Below are positions 28,932 through 38,322 of a stretch of DNA of 64,000 nucleotides, one piece after another. The stretch is from positions 749-64,748 of IMG/VR virus record IMGVR_UViG_3300010049_000010. One strand, 5' to 3'. Below the pieces are notes generated by a model. That model was given only the letters and a program-made list of their open reading frames with translations, was not told the origin of the DNA and searched no databases. Within the stretch, counting starts at the first letter, position 1; every line of letters starts with the position of its first letter. The stretch is from a virus (taxonomy: Duplodnaviria; Heunggongvirae; Uroviricota; Caudoviricetes). The translations under genes were made by a program, and so were the position numbers.

Positions 28932-29324
28932 TTAATTTGATCTTGCGACTGTCAGATTAGTATTATGCAATCCAATTGAAACTATGTTTCTAGATCCGCC
29001 CGGAAAAAATTCTCTAACATCCCAGCTTCTTGCAATTCGAGCGGCGTTTGTGTCTCCCGCTTTACTATAAATTGAAATTCTAACAGAGTTAGTTCTCTGT
29101 TCAATTAAAATTCCAATTCCCATTTCTCTGCAAATAATTACTGTTTGATAAGGCAATCCAGGAAAATTAAAATCTTCATGCGCATTTACAAAATTGTAAT
29201 TATAATGAAGATCCCGCTGTGCTGAGTCAAAATCTGACCCAAAAGCAACTCCGCCCATTGCAAACATTGCCGCGAGGAAAAATGCAGCAGCTGCAAACCA
29301 AGCCCACATCGTAGCTCTTGTCAT
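28932..29324 (-). CDS. Signal-peptide/membrane-anchored protein
   Basis: Hydrophobic N-terminus (MWAWFAAAAFFLAAMFAMGGVAFG); GGGAG SD; TATAAT upstream; own terminator. Confidence 0.65.
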   Translation of the reverse strand: MTRATMWAWFAAAAFFLAAMFAMGGVAFGSDFDSAQRDLHYNYNFVNAHEDFNFPGLPYQTVIICREMGIGILIEQRTNSVRISIYSKAGDTNAARIARSWDVREFFPGGSRNIVSIGLHNTNLTVARSN

Positions 29325-29465
29325 ATATCTCTCCCATATTAAGATATATTATTATAAGATTAACGGGAAATTCGTTCATTTCCGTTTAGTCGGCAAATTC
29401 TTGCATTTCTAAATTTATCTTTAAAAAGGAAAGAAAATTTCCACTAAGAAGTTAATTTAACTAAA

Positions 29466-30122
29466 ATGATAGTTATAGACGAAGTAGAAAAAGAAGTTCA
29501 GAAATTTATGCCGGATTATGAGATCTGCAGATATGGAGATATTCTTACTTCTAATTTTGAAATTCAGTACGATTTTACTTTTAAGGATCCAGTTTCTTGC
29601 TTTTATTTGAATATTAGAAGCAATAGAAGAAAGGATTTCTGTTATATTAAAGTAGATAAGAACGGAGGCCTATTAGAATTATATCCTTGGGTAGACAGTA
29701 ATCATACGATAAAAGATTCAATTCCAACTCATATGAATTATATGTTTCAAATAAGTATGCAAGCAGCAAAAAAATCATATTGTTCTTATAACGTTAGAAA
29801 TAAAACAGTAGAATCTATATATTATCCAGAAGAAGATGAATCAGAATGGAATGGGATAAAGTGCAATTACATAAAAAGATATGACAAATCAAGTCATAAT
29901 GAAACGAGAACTTATGTTAAAATAGATTCTCCTAATTTTGAACAATTTTTTAATCTTTTAATTGAAGGCGGAGAATCAGATAAAGCAGAATTATTAAGAA
30001 AATTAAATCCAAATACGATTATTTTATATATGAATGCTTTGGATAATCCATATAAATACTTATTAAGCTGGTGTGCTTTTAATCCTTCTTATTATGATGT
30101 TAAGAAGCAATATATTGCCTAA
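29466..30122 (+). CDS. Hypothetical protein
   Basis: 218-aa ORF; TTTAACTA-AA-ATG context. Confidence 0.6.
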   Translation: MIVIDEVEKEVQKFMPDYEICRYGDILTSNFEIQYDFTFKDPVSCFYLNIRSNRRKDFCYIKVDKNGGLLELYPWVDSNHTIKDSIPTHMNYMFQISMQAAKKSYCSYNVRNKTVESIYYPEEDESEWNGIKCNYIKRYDKSSHNETRTYVKIDSPNFEQFFNLLIEGGESDKAELLRKLNPNTIILYMNALDNPYKYLLSWCAFNPSYYDVKKQYIA

Positions 30123-30358
30123 TTAGTGGTGAAATGATATTTATTATTTTGATTATATGATGTATTATAACCCATATCTACATCAGCTTTAACCCAGGCC
30201 CATTCTCCAGATCTAATAGAAGTTTTTAATTGATATCCTTCATCATCAAAAATATCTTTTTCATCTAAAAATTCCCAGAGCTCTTTTCCAGTTTTAGTTG
30301 ATTTTTTTCCACCTATAACTACACTATATTTTTCATTTAGATTGAATGCTTTTTTCAT
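30119..30358 (-). CDS. Hypothetical protein
   Basis: 79-aa ORF preceded by ACTAATTA-TT-ATG. Confidence 0.65.
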   Translation of the reverse strand: MKKAFNLNEKYSVVIGGKKSTKTGKELWEFLDEKDIFDDEGYQLKTSIRSGEWAWVKADVDMGYNTSYNQNNKYHFTTN

Positions 30359-30386
30359 AATAATTAGTCTCTATTAACTAAATATT
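30359..30386. promoter_or_regulatory. Back-to-back class A motifs (ACTAANTA) in a 28-nt divergent gap
   Basis: ACTAATTA (minus, 30361-30368) and ACTAAATA (plus, 30377-30384), each 2 nt from its ATG. Confidence 0.75.
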
Positions 30387-33062
30387 ATGGAAGATAAATT
30401 TGAAGGCCAACAAATCTCAGCATTTGTTAAAAATACGGATAAAATTTGGGAAGGAATCCTTATTGTAAGAGATGATGGCACCCAAATAGTCCTCAATGAA
30501 ACTACAAAAAATTGGAAGAAACTCTCTGATTTAGAACATATTAGACTTATAGAAGAAGAAAACTTAGCTGATAAAATTAAAACTGCAAGTGATTCATGGG
30601 CAGGTTTATTAAGTACAACATTCGGTGATGTTGATAAAATTGATCCTTCTAAAATTAAACCAAATAGCGTGCAAAAAGCAACAAAAGACTTAACAGATAA
30701 AGCAGAAGCTACGGGCTTAGATACTCCTAAAACTCCAGAAGAGAGGGAAAAATCTGTAATTGATCATTTATCAAATGCATATATTAAAGGCGAAGAAACT
30801 AAATCAGCTGGAGATCAACAAAAAAATGTTGAAGCTGAAGAAAATATTAATCAATTTAAAAAAGAAATAGGAATGAAAATAGGTGAGTCTTTAAAATTAT
30901 TACATCCATTACTTCGAGAATCAGAAGACACTCATTATGAAATGGATGATGAAGATTTAGAAGAAACTAATGAAGAAACTGGAAATATTCCAGCAGAAGA
31001 AATTAGACAATTTGCTGTAGAAATATTATCAGATGACCAAGTAGATTTAAGAGACGCAATTGCTGATAAGTTTGATTTAGATGATGAAGCTGCAGAGAAA
31101 TATGCGATACAAGCAATGGAAGAATATTTATCCTCAATAGATGATGAAATAGAAGAAGATGAAGATGAAATAGAAAAAGATTTTGAAGAAACTATTGATG
31201 AATATGATGGCGATACAGATGGTCTTTTAGATTATCTTGTAGACACTTACGAAATAGATCCAGAAGAAGCTGAATTTATTTATGAAGAAAAAAGAGGAAA
31301 TCTTACCGAGTGTATTTATGCTTTTGTTGATGTAGTGAAAAAAAGATTAACAGAAGATATTGTTCGATTTATAAAAGATAATGAAAATTTAAGTCCAGAA
31401 GATAAAGAAGAAATAAATAATAAAGCTGGAAAATATCCAGAGAGATCTAAAAAAATAAATTGGCAATCAAAAGAAATAAAAGGTTGGACTAAAGATCAAT
31501 TTTTAGATATATTAGATCAAAAAACAGCATCACAAGAAAAAAGAGAAATTAAACAAGAAATTAAAAGTGGTGATTTAGAAGCAGCTTTTAAAAATACTAC
31601 AATAAAAACTTGGTATAAAGACGATAATATAATTTTAGCATCACCAACTACACATGCAGATTGTGTTTATCTTAATTCGTACAATTGTTTTGGTACAGGC
31701 GCTAAGTGGTGCATTGGCACAGAAGATAATTCGGCCTATTGGAATGATTACGTTTTTGACGAAGGAAAAATATTTATATTTATATATATTAAAAATATAA
31801 ATAAAAAACTTATGACATGTTCTGAATGGAATGGTCGAAAATTTAATATAGACTTTTTTGATGAAAAAGATGACGAATTTAATGCGTCCAGCTTTTCAGA
31901 TGTTTTTAATCAAATAAATGATCCAGAAAGCGGAGTACAAATCGACTCTTCAGAAGAAAAAGAAGAATATAATTATTATGATGATTTAGATTATGATTCA
32001 TGGGGATTAACTAAAGAAGAAATTGAAATAAAAGAACAAAAATCTTTCCCATTTCAAAAAATAAAACCGCTTCCCTCAAATTTATTAGATTCTATTCTTA
32101 AATCTGCTTATAAATTATTTAAAGAATTACCTAATGAAGTTTTAATAAAAGCAGAAAATGATGTAAAAGATGCTGTAAATAATGCTTTTAATAACAAAGA
32201 CAGTGTTACTATAGATGATTTTGAAACAAAAGTTAATGATATAAAATGCGGTGATGGTCTTGATTATGAAGATTGGGATAAAATATTTATTAAATATAAA
32301 GATCAAATAATTAATTATTATCATTATAGATTTATCAATTATCCTTCTGATTACGAAAAAATGTCATCAGGTCTTCTTTGGAATGATGTATTACACGAAA
32401 TATTAAATATTAATGAAAAAAATCTAAGAGCATTTTATAAAAATATTTTAATTGAAATTAAGAAAAAATTAAATATGAACTTTTATACAAATAATAAAAT
32501 GCGTATTGCAGCAGTACAACTTTTTATAAATCTTTTTTCATTACATAAATATGGTATTGATGATGCATCAAGAGCACATGAAAGATTACAATCTGATTAT
32601 GAAGAAAAAGTTAGATTAGCCATAAAAAAGCGCGGCTCTCGAAGTCCAAAAATTAGAGCTGAAGTTAAAGCTTCTATTCCATTACCTATTGATATTAAAG
32701 CCGCAGCATTAAAATTTTTACGAGCTCCAATTAAAGAATCTCGAATAGAAGAATATTTAGATAAAGTAGTTTTACGAGAAGGAGATTTGTTTATACATAA
32801 AGCGCTCAAAAATTCTCCATTACACCAAGCAGCTTCCGCGACATTATCAGGGCCTGGCCAATTAGGCTCAGCTATATTTGATAGACAATACGGAAAACAG
32901 AAGCCGGTTCAAACCGGTCCAAAATTTACTAAAGGAAGATTAGTTAGAAATGATAAATTTGGCGAAGGCATTATTGAAGATTTTTTAGGCAATGGAAAAT
33001 ATTCAGTTCATTTTTATGGGCCCAAGAAAACTAAAACAATGAAGGAAGGGGATCTTAAATAA
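30387..33062 (+). CDS. Multidomain putative prohead-core/internal head protein
   Basis: Acidic N-terminal third; many (L/I)xE junctions (LNET, LRES, LTEC, LTED, IKES, LREG); central SPTT...GTGAKWCIGT...YW module; C-terminal KOW-like segment. Confidence 0.5.
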   Translation: MEDKFEGQQISAFVKNTDKIWEGILIVRDDGTQIVLNETTKNWKKLSDLEHIRLIEEENLADKIKTASDSWAGLLSTTFGDVDKIDPSKIKPNSVQKATKDLTDKAEATGLDTPKTPEEREKSVIDHLSNAYIKGEETKSAGDQQKNVEAEENINQFKKEIGMKIGESLKLLHPLLRESEDTHYEMDDEDLEETNEETGNIPAEEIRQFAVEILSDDQVDLRDAIADKFDLDDEAAEKYAIQAMEEYLSSIDDEIEEDEDEIEKDFEETIDEYDGDTDGLLDYLVDTYEIDPEEAEFIYEEKRGNLTECIYAFVDVVKKRLTEDIVRFIKDNENLSPEDKEEINNKAGKYPERSKKINWQSKEIKGWTKDQFLDILDQKTASQEKREIKQEIKSGDLEAAFKNTTIKTWYKDDNIILASPTTHADCVYLNSYNCFGTGAKWCIGTEDNSAYWNDYVFDEGKIFIFIYIKNINKKLMTCSEWNGRKFNIDFFDEKDDEFNASSFSDVFNQINDPESGVQIDSSEEKEEYNYYDDLDYDSWGLTKEEIEIKEQKSFPFQKIKPLPSNLLDSILKSAYKLFKELPNEVLIKAENDVKDAVNNAFNNKDSVTIDDFETKVNDIKCGDGLDYEDWDKIFIKYKDQIINYYHYRFINYPSDYEKMSSGLLWNDVLHEILNINEKNLRAFYKNILIEIKKKLNMNFYTNNKMRIAAVQLFINLFSLHKYGIDDASRAHERLQSDYEEKVRLAIKKRGSRSPKIRAEVKASIPLPIDIKAAALKFLRAPIKESRIEEYLDKVVLREGDLFIHKALKNSPLHQAASATLSGPGQLGSAIFDRQYGKQKPVQTGPKFTKGRLVRNDKFGEGIIEDFLGNGKYSVHFYGPKKTKTMKEGDLK

Positions 33063-34508
33063 ATGAAATTGACAGTTAGATTGGGACAAACTGTCTCTTT
33101 ATTTGATGAATTAATAAGTGAATATGAAACTTCCCAATTAAACGAAAGAATATCAATAGAAGGAAATAAAGCTAGAGTTATTATAGATGATTTTCAATCA
33201 GTCCCACTATTACAGAACTTAAAAAAATTAGCTAAAATATCTAAAAACTTTTTAGAAGAAATAGAAAGAAATAAATATATTCAAGGAAAATACTTAAAAT
33301 ATTTTAGGTTGATTTCAGAAGACACGCAAAAAACTTCTAACTTTGCAGCTAAGAAAATGGCTCATGAATATTGGACTAAAAAAATACCTCATAAGATTTT
33401 AACTAAGGGAAGAGAAATTATAGATAAATTTGTTGAAGAAGTGAATATAATTTTATCATTTTTTAATAATAAGATTAGAAATCCTTCTGAACAAATTAGA
33501 TATGTACCAGAAATTAAGTGGATTCAAAAACGCCCACGATGGCAGGAGGAGAGTAAAATGAAAACGTTTGAACAAATATTAAGAGAAACCAAATACGGAA
33601 AAATAAATACAGAATGGCTTGAAAAATCTTTAGATGAATATAAAAAGATTGAAACGAATAATGTTGATGAAAATTACAAAAATATTGTAAAAATATTAAA
33701 AAATAATTGGCCATTTAAATTTCCAGTAAAGTTTGTTAAAGAAAACCTGTTTGCCAAGACAGCTGGTAGTATAAAAAGAAGACTTTTATTAGGTCCCAAA
33801 ATGAATTTATCTATTCCGTTTGGAGTTTTAAATCCAGCAGCTGATCAAAAAGATTTTAAATTATATAAAAATATGTATGATACAAAATCTAAAAAACAAG
33901 ATAAAATTGATGCTATGAATAACCATCGCGCGCAAATGGATTCTTTAAAAGATATTTGGCCACAAGAAACATGGGAAAGAGAAAAAAGAAAATTTATTAC
34001 TTTATTTGAACATGAATACACACATTATTTACAGATTAAAGATAAAGAATGGACACAAAAATACGGTGTAACATTTCAAAATTTTTGGAATAAAACATGT
34101 TTTGAATTATTTTCTAGACAATTTGGTGTTGACGTAAGAGAATCATATTTCTCATCTAATTTTGAATTAGAATCTTGGGCTATTGATGTAACACAAGCTT
34201 TATTAAAAGAATATGATTTAGATGAAATAATTAAAATGACTCATAATATACCAAATTTATTTGACGCAATAAGTGAAACAGGTATTGGAGATCATGAAAT
34301 ATCAGAAGAAGAAAATAATTTTTATAAAAGGAATACACCTAGAGGTCATTCTGATGATTTGGTTATAGATATAGAATCAAAATATGATATGCATAAAGAT
34401 AATTTATTACCGATACTTATTGGTATAAAAGAATATAATCCAGAAAAATTTGAATTATTTATAAATCATATTAGAGATTACATAGAGGATAATTATGAAA
34501 TCATTTAA
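33063..34508 (+). CDS. Zincin-motif protein; probably two genes, the second starting at 33558
   Basis: HEYTH plus a distal ELES(WA); internal AGGAGGAG SD and in-frame ATG at 33558 giving MKTFEQILRE. Confidence 0.6.
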   Translation: MKLTVRLGQTVSLFDELISEYETSQLNERISIEGNKARVIIDDFQSVPLLQNLKKLAKISKNFLEEIERNKYIQGKYLKYFRLISEDTQKTSNFAAKKMAHEYWTKKIPHKILTKGREIIDKFVEEVNIILSFFNNKIRNPSEQIRYVPEIKWIQKRPRWQEESKMKTFEQILRETKYGKINTEWLEKSLDEYKKIETNNVDENYKNIVKILKNNWPFKFPVKFVKENLFAKTAGSIKRRLLLGPKMNLSIPFGVLNPAADQKDFKLYKNMYDTKSKKQDKIDAMNNHRAQMDSLKDIWPQETWEREKRKFITLFEHEYTHYLQIKDKEWTQKYGVTFQNFWNKTCFELFSRQFGVDVRESYFSSNFELESWAIDVTQALLKEYDLDEIIKMTHNIPNLFDAISETGIGDHEISEEENNFYKRNTPRGHSDDLVIDIESKYDMHKDNLLPILIGIKEYNPEKFELFINHIRDYIEDNYEII

Positions 34509-35133
34509 TCAAATATATGAATCAACACTACCATCATCAAGTGAAATGTTAACAATGTTAAATATGGGCCCAGAAAAACGACAATCACTTCATGTAGGCG
34601 GAAAAGTTAGATTAAAAAATAGTCCAGAAACGAGAGCGATTATTGAAGAATTTTTTACCAAAGACCTCGGTGGAACTCCTTCAGAATATTGTAAAGTAAA
34701 GTGGTTAATAAAACCTGAATGGAGCAATGTTAAAGATGAGATGCATATTGATAATTTTGAACAAGTACCTTTTGGATTATTTGAGCAAATATTAAAAGAA
34801 GGTCTCTTTGATAAACAACCAAAACTTTGGAGTGAAAAAGGTTTCGATTATTGGAGAGAATCTGATGTTCATGATTGGGTTAAGACTGTAATAATGAGAG
34901 GCACTACTGATCACGGAAGATCTTATACAGATCAAAGCGTAGGTGATACTCATCTCAGTCCAAAAATTGATCCAGGAAAATCACCTAGATGTGCCCATTG
35001 GGTTGGAGTAATAAATAGATTAAAAAAATCTGAATATAGTTTAGAAGAAATTCAAGATGTTATGAAACGAGCTTATATTGGATTAGATGATTTACAAATA
35101 GAACGAGTAGTAAAATACGTCAAGGATTCATAA
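34495..35133 (+). CDS. Putative capsid-targeted internal protein
   Basis: N-terminus MKSFNQIYES; internal FEQILKE at 34780-34800. Confidence 0.55.
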   Translation: MKSFNQIYESTLPSSSEMLTMLNMGPEKRQSLHVGGKVRLKNSPETRAIIEEFFTKDLGGTPSEYCKVKWLIKPEWSNVKDEMHIDNFEQVPFGLFEQILKEGLFDKQPKLWSEKGFDYWRESDVHDWVKTVIMRGTTDHGRSYTDQSVGDTHLSPKIDPGKSPRCAHWVGVINRLKKSEYSLEEIQDVMKRAYIGLDDLQIERVVKYVKDS

Positions 35134-35154
35134 TGAAATCATTTAATCAAATAT
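34495..35154 (+). repeat. 22-nt direct repeat at the starts of two adjacent genes (34495-34516 and 35133-35154)
   Basis: ATGAAATCATTTAATCAAATAT occurs at both gene starts. Confidence 0.9.
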
Positions 35155-35945
35155 GTGAAAGTTCAATTAAAATGAATTCAAATCAATTTAAATTATATAA
35201 TGAACGCCTTGAGAAAAGTTTATACGATAAACTTTTTTTTATGAAACATATTTTTGATTTCGATTTATTTGTAGATTTTGGTTGCGCTAACGGCAGCCTC
35301 ATAAAAGCAGTATTGCCATATCATGATGCAGATTATTTCGGTTACGATTTATCAGAAGATATGGTGTCAGCAGCAAGAAATAATGTGTCAGAAGCTCAAT
35401 TTACGAGCGATTGGTCAGTTATAGAAAAAAGAGTGAAAGAATGCAAAGGAAAATCCGTATTAAATCTCAGCTCAATAATTCACGAAGTTTATTCTTACGG
35501 TGATGAAAGCGATATTAAAACATTTTGGGATAGAGTTCTTAATTCCGGCTTTGATTATATTTCTATACGAGATATGACAATGACTAAAGAAGATTTTGCA
35601 AAACCTGAACCAAAAGATTGGGAAGAAATTAAAGAAGTTTTATATCATACTGAAAATGGTAAAGAAAAAATAGAAATGTTTGAGGATGTATGGGGTCCAA
35701 TTTTATGCCACGGAGAATTTGTTCACTTAATGATGAAATGGAATTACTGGAATAATTACAAACGTGAAGTTAATGAAGAATATCTTGTTACAACAGGTGA
35801 AATAATGGGTCACATAAATAGGTCTGATTATAATATAAAATATAAAAAAGCGTTTGTATTAGAATATCTAAGAGATTATGTTAAAGATTTAACGGATGTG
35901 ACTATAACTACTCCAACGCATATAAAATTAATTTTAGTCAAATAA
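35133..35945 (+). CDS. Class I SAM-dependent methyltransferase with CTS-like N-terminus
   Basis: Motif I VDFGCANG, motif II YFGYDLSEDM, then LSSIIHEVYSY...IRD; N-terminus MKSFNQICES. Confidence 0.8.
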   Translation: MKSFNQICESSIKMNSNQFKLYNERLEKSLYDKLFFMKHIFDFDLFVDFGCANGSLIKAVLPYHDADYFGYDLSEDMVSAARNNVSEAQFTSDWSVIEKRVKECKGKSVLNLSSIIHEVYSYGDESDIKTFWDRVLNSGFDYISIRDMTMTKEDFAKPEPKDWEEIKEVLYHTENGKEKIEMFEDVWGPILCHGEFVHLMMKWNYWNNYKREVNEEYLVTTGEIMGHINRSDYNIKYKKAFVLEYLRDYVKDLTDVTITTPTHIKLILVK

Positions 35946-36338
35946 ATAAGAATCTTTTATAAATTCTTCTACTTGTTTTTTAAACCTTTTTAGATTTCCC
36001 AAATCAGTAGTTATTTGCTCAATATGTTTTTCTAATTCCCGAATTCTTTTTCCTTGTTCATAAACAGTATTCGCATCTGCATAACTATTTCCAACACCTA
36101 CAGCTCCAGTTGAATAAGAACTTCCTGTTCCATAATCTATGCGACCAACTAAAGTATCGGGAAAAACTTGATTGACTTGCGCTAATCCATCATTTATTGT
36201 TATTTGAATATCATCAGGAGCAGGAACGTTTTTATATGATACAGTAAATTTACTTGGGTCATCTTTATCTCTAACAACACTTGAGATAGCTGTTCCTTCA
36301 AAAGCTTTATGTGATTTTAATAAGTCTTCTATGTCCAT
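35934..36338 (-). CDS. Hypothetical protein with C-terminal coiled coil
   Basis: 134-aa ORF preceded by GTTAATATA-N5-ATG. Confidence 0.6.
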   Translation of the reverse strand: MDIEDLLKSHKAFEGTAISSVVRDKDDPSKFTVSYKNVPAPDDIQITINDGLAQVNQVFPDTLVGRIDYGTGSSYSTGAVGVGNSYADANTVYEQGKRIRELEKHIEQITTDLGNLKRFKKQVEEFIKDSYLFD

Positions 36339-36354
36339 TAAAATATATTAACCA

Positions 36355-36382
36355 ATAAAAAAGCCCGACCGAAGTCGGGCTT
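36355..36382 (-). terminator. Terminator after the major capsid gene (cUUCGg loop)
   Basis: On the minus strand AAGCCCGAC-TTCG-GTCGGGCTT followed by TTTT. Confidence 0.92.
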
Positions 36383-36402
36383 GTATTATCTAATCTTAAC
36401 CA

Positions 36403-38322
36403 TTATGGTCTGGCTCTATTGCCTCTTTTTTGGTTGTGATCTTTTAAGTTATCAATTGCGATAAGCGCAAGATATCTTCTGTTAAGAACTGCCCAGTCAC
36501 CATAAGTTGCGATACCAGCTTCTTTGTAGAAGTTCTTTCTTTGGATAATACCAGTGCTGAAGAAAGGAATTAAAGTACCGAATGCGATACTTACGTCATT
36601 TTCAACTGCATCGTTTTTCCAGATACAAAGTAATTCGTTCGTTGGAATGATGTTACTTGGTACTTTAAACAATGGAATACCATCGAGTTCGCCAAATTGG
36701 TGTGAACCAGTTTGATTTTGTTTACCTTTGTTGCTATAACCTGCATTTAAGTGCATATAAGAACAAGCTGATGGACCAGCTACGAGTCGGCTTACGCCTC
36801 CTCTGTTGATTTCATCATAGATTATGTCGCCAACTGCATCAATCGCGTTAACGAATGTTTGTGCGTTGTCTCTATAACCGTCTTTTGTTCCTACTGGATT
36901 CATTTCAGGCTCAACACCAACGTTTGTTGTGTTATAAGCTGCATCAAATACATAGTAGTAGTTAGGGTTATGTTTTGCGTTAGTTTTTGCTACCGCGTAA
37001 GCTAATCTGATTGCTCTGTAGTCTAATTGTGCTCTGATTTCTTGTGAAGCATAACTTACAAGATATTCTTCCGCGCTGATATTAAAGCTTGTGTCAAGTG
37101 TAATTTCAGTTAATTGTGACCAAGAAACACCGATTGAAGTTGGAGAAGGTCTGAACATATATTCATCCATTCTTAATTCTACTTCACCGAGGTAATTACC
37201 TTCGAAATCACTTTCTGAGTTGTATCTACCAAATGCTCTTAATTCAGTTGTTCCTGCTGTAAACCATGCTGGTTTCTTTGCTTCGTCAACGTCAATTTTT
37301 ACAATAAATGTACCAGTAGAAGCTAATTCAGTTGCTAATGCTCCGCCGTCTGTGCCAACTGGATCGTCCCAGTGTGCGCTGTTTCCAGGACCAACTTTTG
37401 GAGGTGCTACTAAGAACTTATCTCTTACTGAAGGTGACTTAACAATAGTTACTGTGAAACCTTCTGCTGCAAAGAATTGGCCTGAGCCTTTGTCTTGAAG
37501 CGCGATTACTTGTTGTTCTACTCTTTCAGCTTTATCTCCAGGATTATATCCATAAAGATAAGTATATCCGTCCATATAAAGCGCGCCATCTGCACCCCAT
37601 TTGCCAGATTCAAAAGCTGCTTCTTGTGTGCATCCTGCAAATCCTGCTGGAACTTTCTTAAATAAGATACCTGCAGTTGTAGATACGCCGAGAGGGCCTA
37701 ATCTTGCTGTCGCACCTTCATTTACGATCATACCGTTCGCCAATTCTTGGTTAATTCGGTCTCTTGTATCTTCATAAAGTGCTTTTCTGAAATCGTCTCC
37801 GTTAAATTCTCCGCCGAGTCCGTATCCCCAAGGATCGTATTCTTCTTTGCCGTAAGCTGAGAGTTGTCCAGGTGTGTCATTAAAACCATCATAATCAGCT
37901 GATTTATCGTTTAATGGGTGTCCATTAGCTGTTTTGCTGAAGAATGGTCTGATGTATTTAATAGAATCTTTTGTTGTTTCCAACGCAAACTCTGTAAATA
38001 CCTTGTTACGAATAATGTTAGGCATAGCAAGTCGTACGAGTCTTAACATATTTTCTGGTGTGAAATCATTCAACGCTGTTGCGAGTTGTGATTCTCGAAG
38101 ACCCTGCATGAAAGCAGTTTGTCTGTCTAAGTTGATAGCGACATTTCGAGCATCTGCGATTGGCATAGTTTTGAGGCCTGCTCCAATTTCTGGAATTCTT
38201 GACCAAGCTTCTACTAATCTGTCAGCTCTAAATTTCTTATCTTCTTTATATAATTGCATTGTAGCATTTTCTCTAAGTCTAGCGTCTGCTTCTTTAGCTG
38301 CTACTCTTTCTTTTAAAGACAT
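36403..38322 (-). CDS. Major capsid protein (T4 gp23-like, HK97 fold)
   Basis: MLRLVRLAMPNIIRNKV, EITLDTSFNISAEEYLVSYASQEIRAQLDYRAI and FGELDGIPLF...AFGTLIPF fit the gp23-family layout. LRE sites lie in the N-terminal arm. Strong SD and terminator. Confidence 0.85.
   Translation of the reverse strand: MSLKERVAAKEADARLRENATMQLYKEDKKFRADRLVEAWSRIPEIGAGLKTMPIADARNVAINLDRQTAFMQGLRESQLATALNDFTPENMLRLVRLAMPNIIRNKVFTEFALETTKDSIKYIRPFFSKTANGHPLNDKSADYDGFNDTPGQLSAYGKEEYDPWGYGLGGEFNGDDFRKALYEDTRDRINQELANGMIVNEGATARLGPLGVSTTAGILFKKVPAGFAGCTQEAAFESGKWGADGALYMDGYTYLYGYNPGDKAERVEQQVIALQDKGSGQFFAAEGFTVTIVKSPSVRDKFLVAPPKVGPGNSAHWDDPVGTDGGALATELASTGTFIVKIDVDEAKKPAWFTAGTTELRAFGRYNSESDFEGNYLGEVELRMDEYMFRPSPTSIGVSWSQLTEITLDTSFNISAEEYLVSYASQEIRAQLDYRAIRLAYAVAKTNAKHNPNYYYVFDAAYNTTNVGVEPEMNPVGTKDGYRDNAQTFVNAIDAVGDIIYDEINRGGVSRLVAGPSACSYMHLNAGYSNKGKQNQTGSHQFGELDGIPLFKVPSNIIPTNELLCIWKNDAVENDVSIAFGTLIPFFSTGIIQRKNFYKEAGIATYGDWAVLNRRYLALIAIDNLKDHNQKRGNRARP

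Noticed and set aside
35133-35945. Calling this enzyme a DNA methyltransferase
   Set aside because: It lacks the DPPY/NPPY or PC catalytic motifs, so the substrate (small molecule, RNA or protein) cannot be assigned from sequence.
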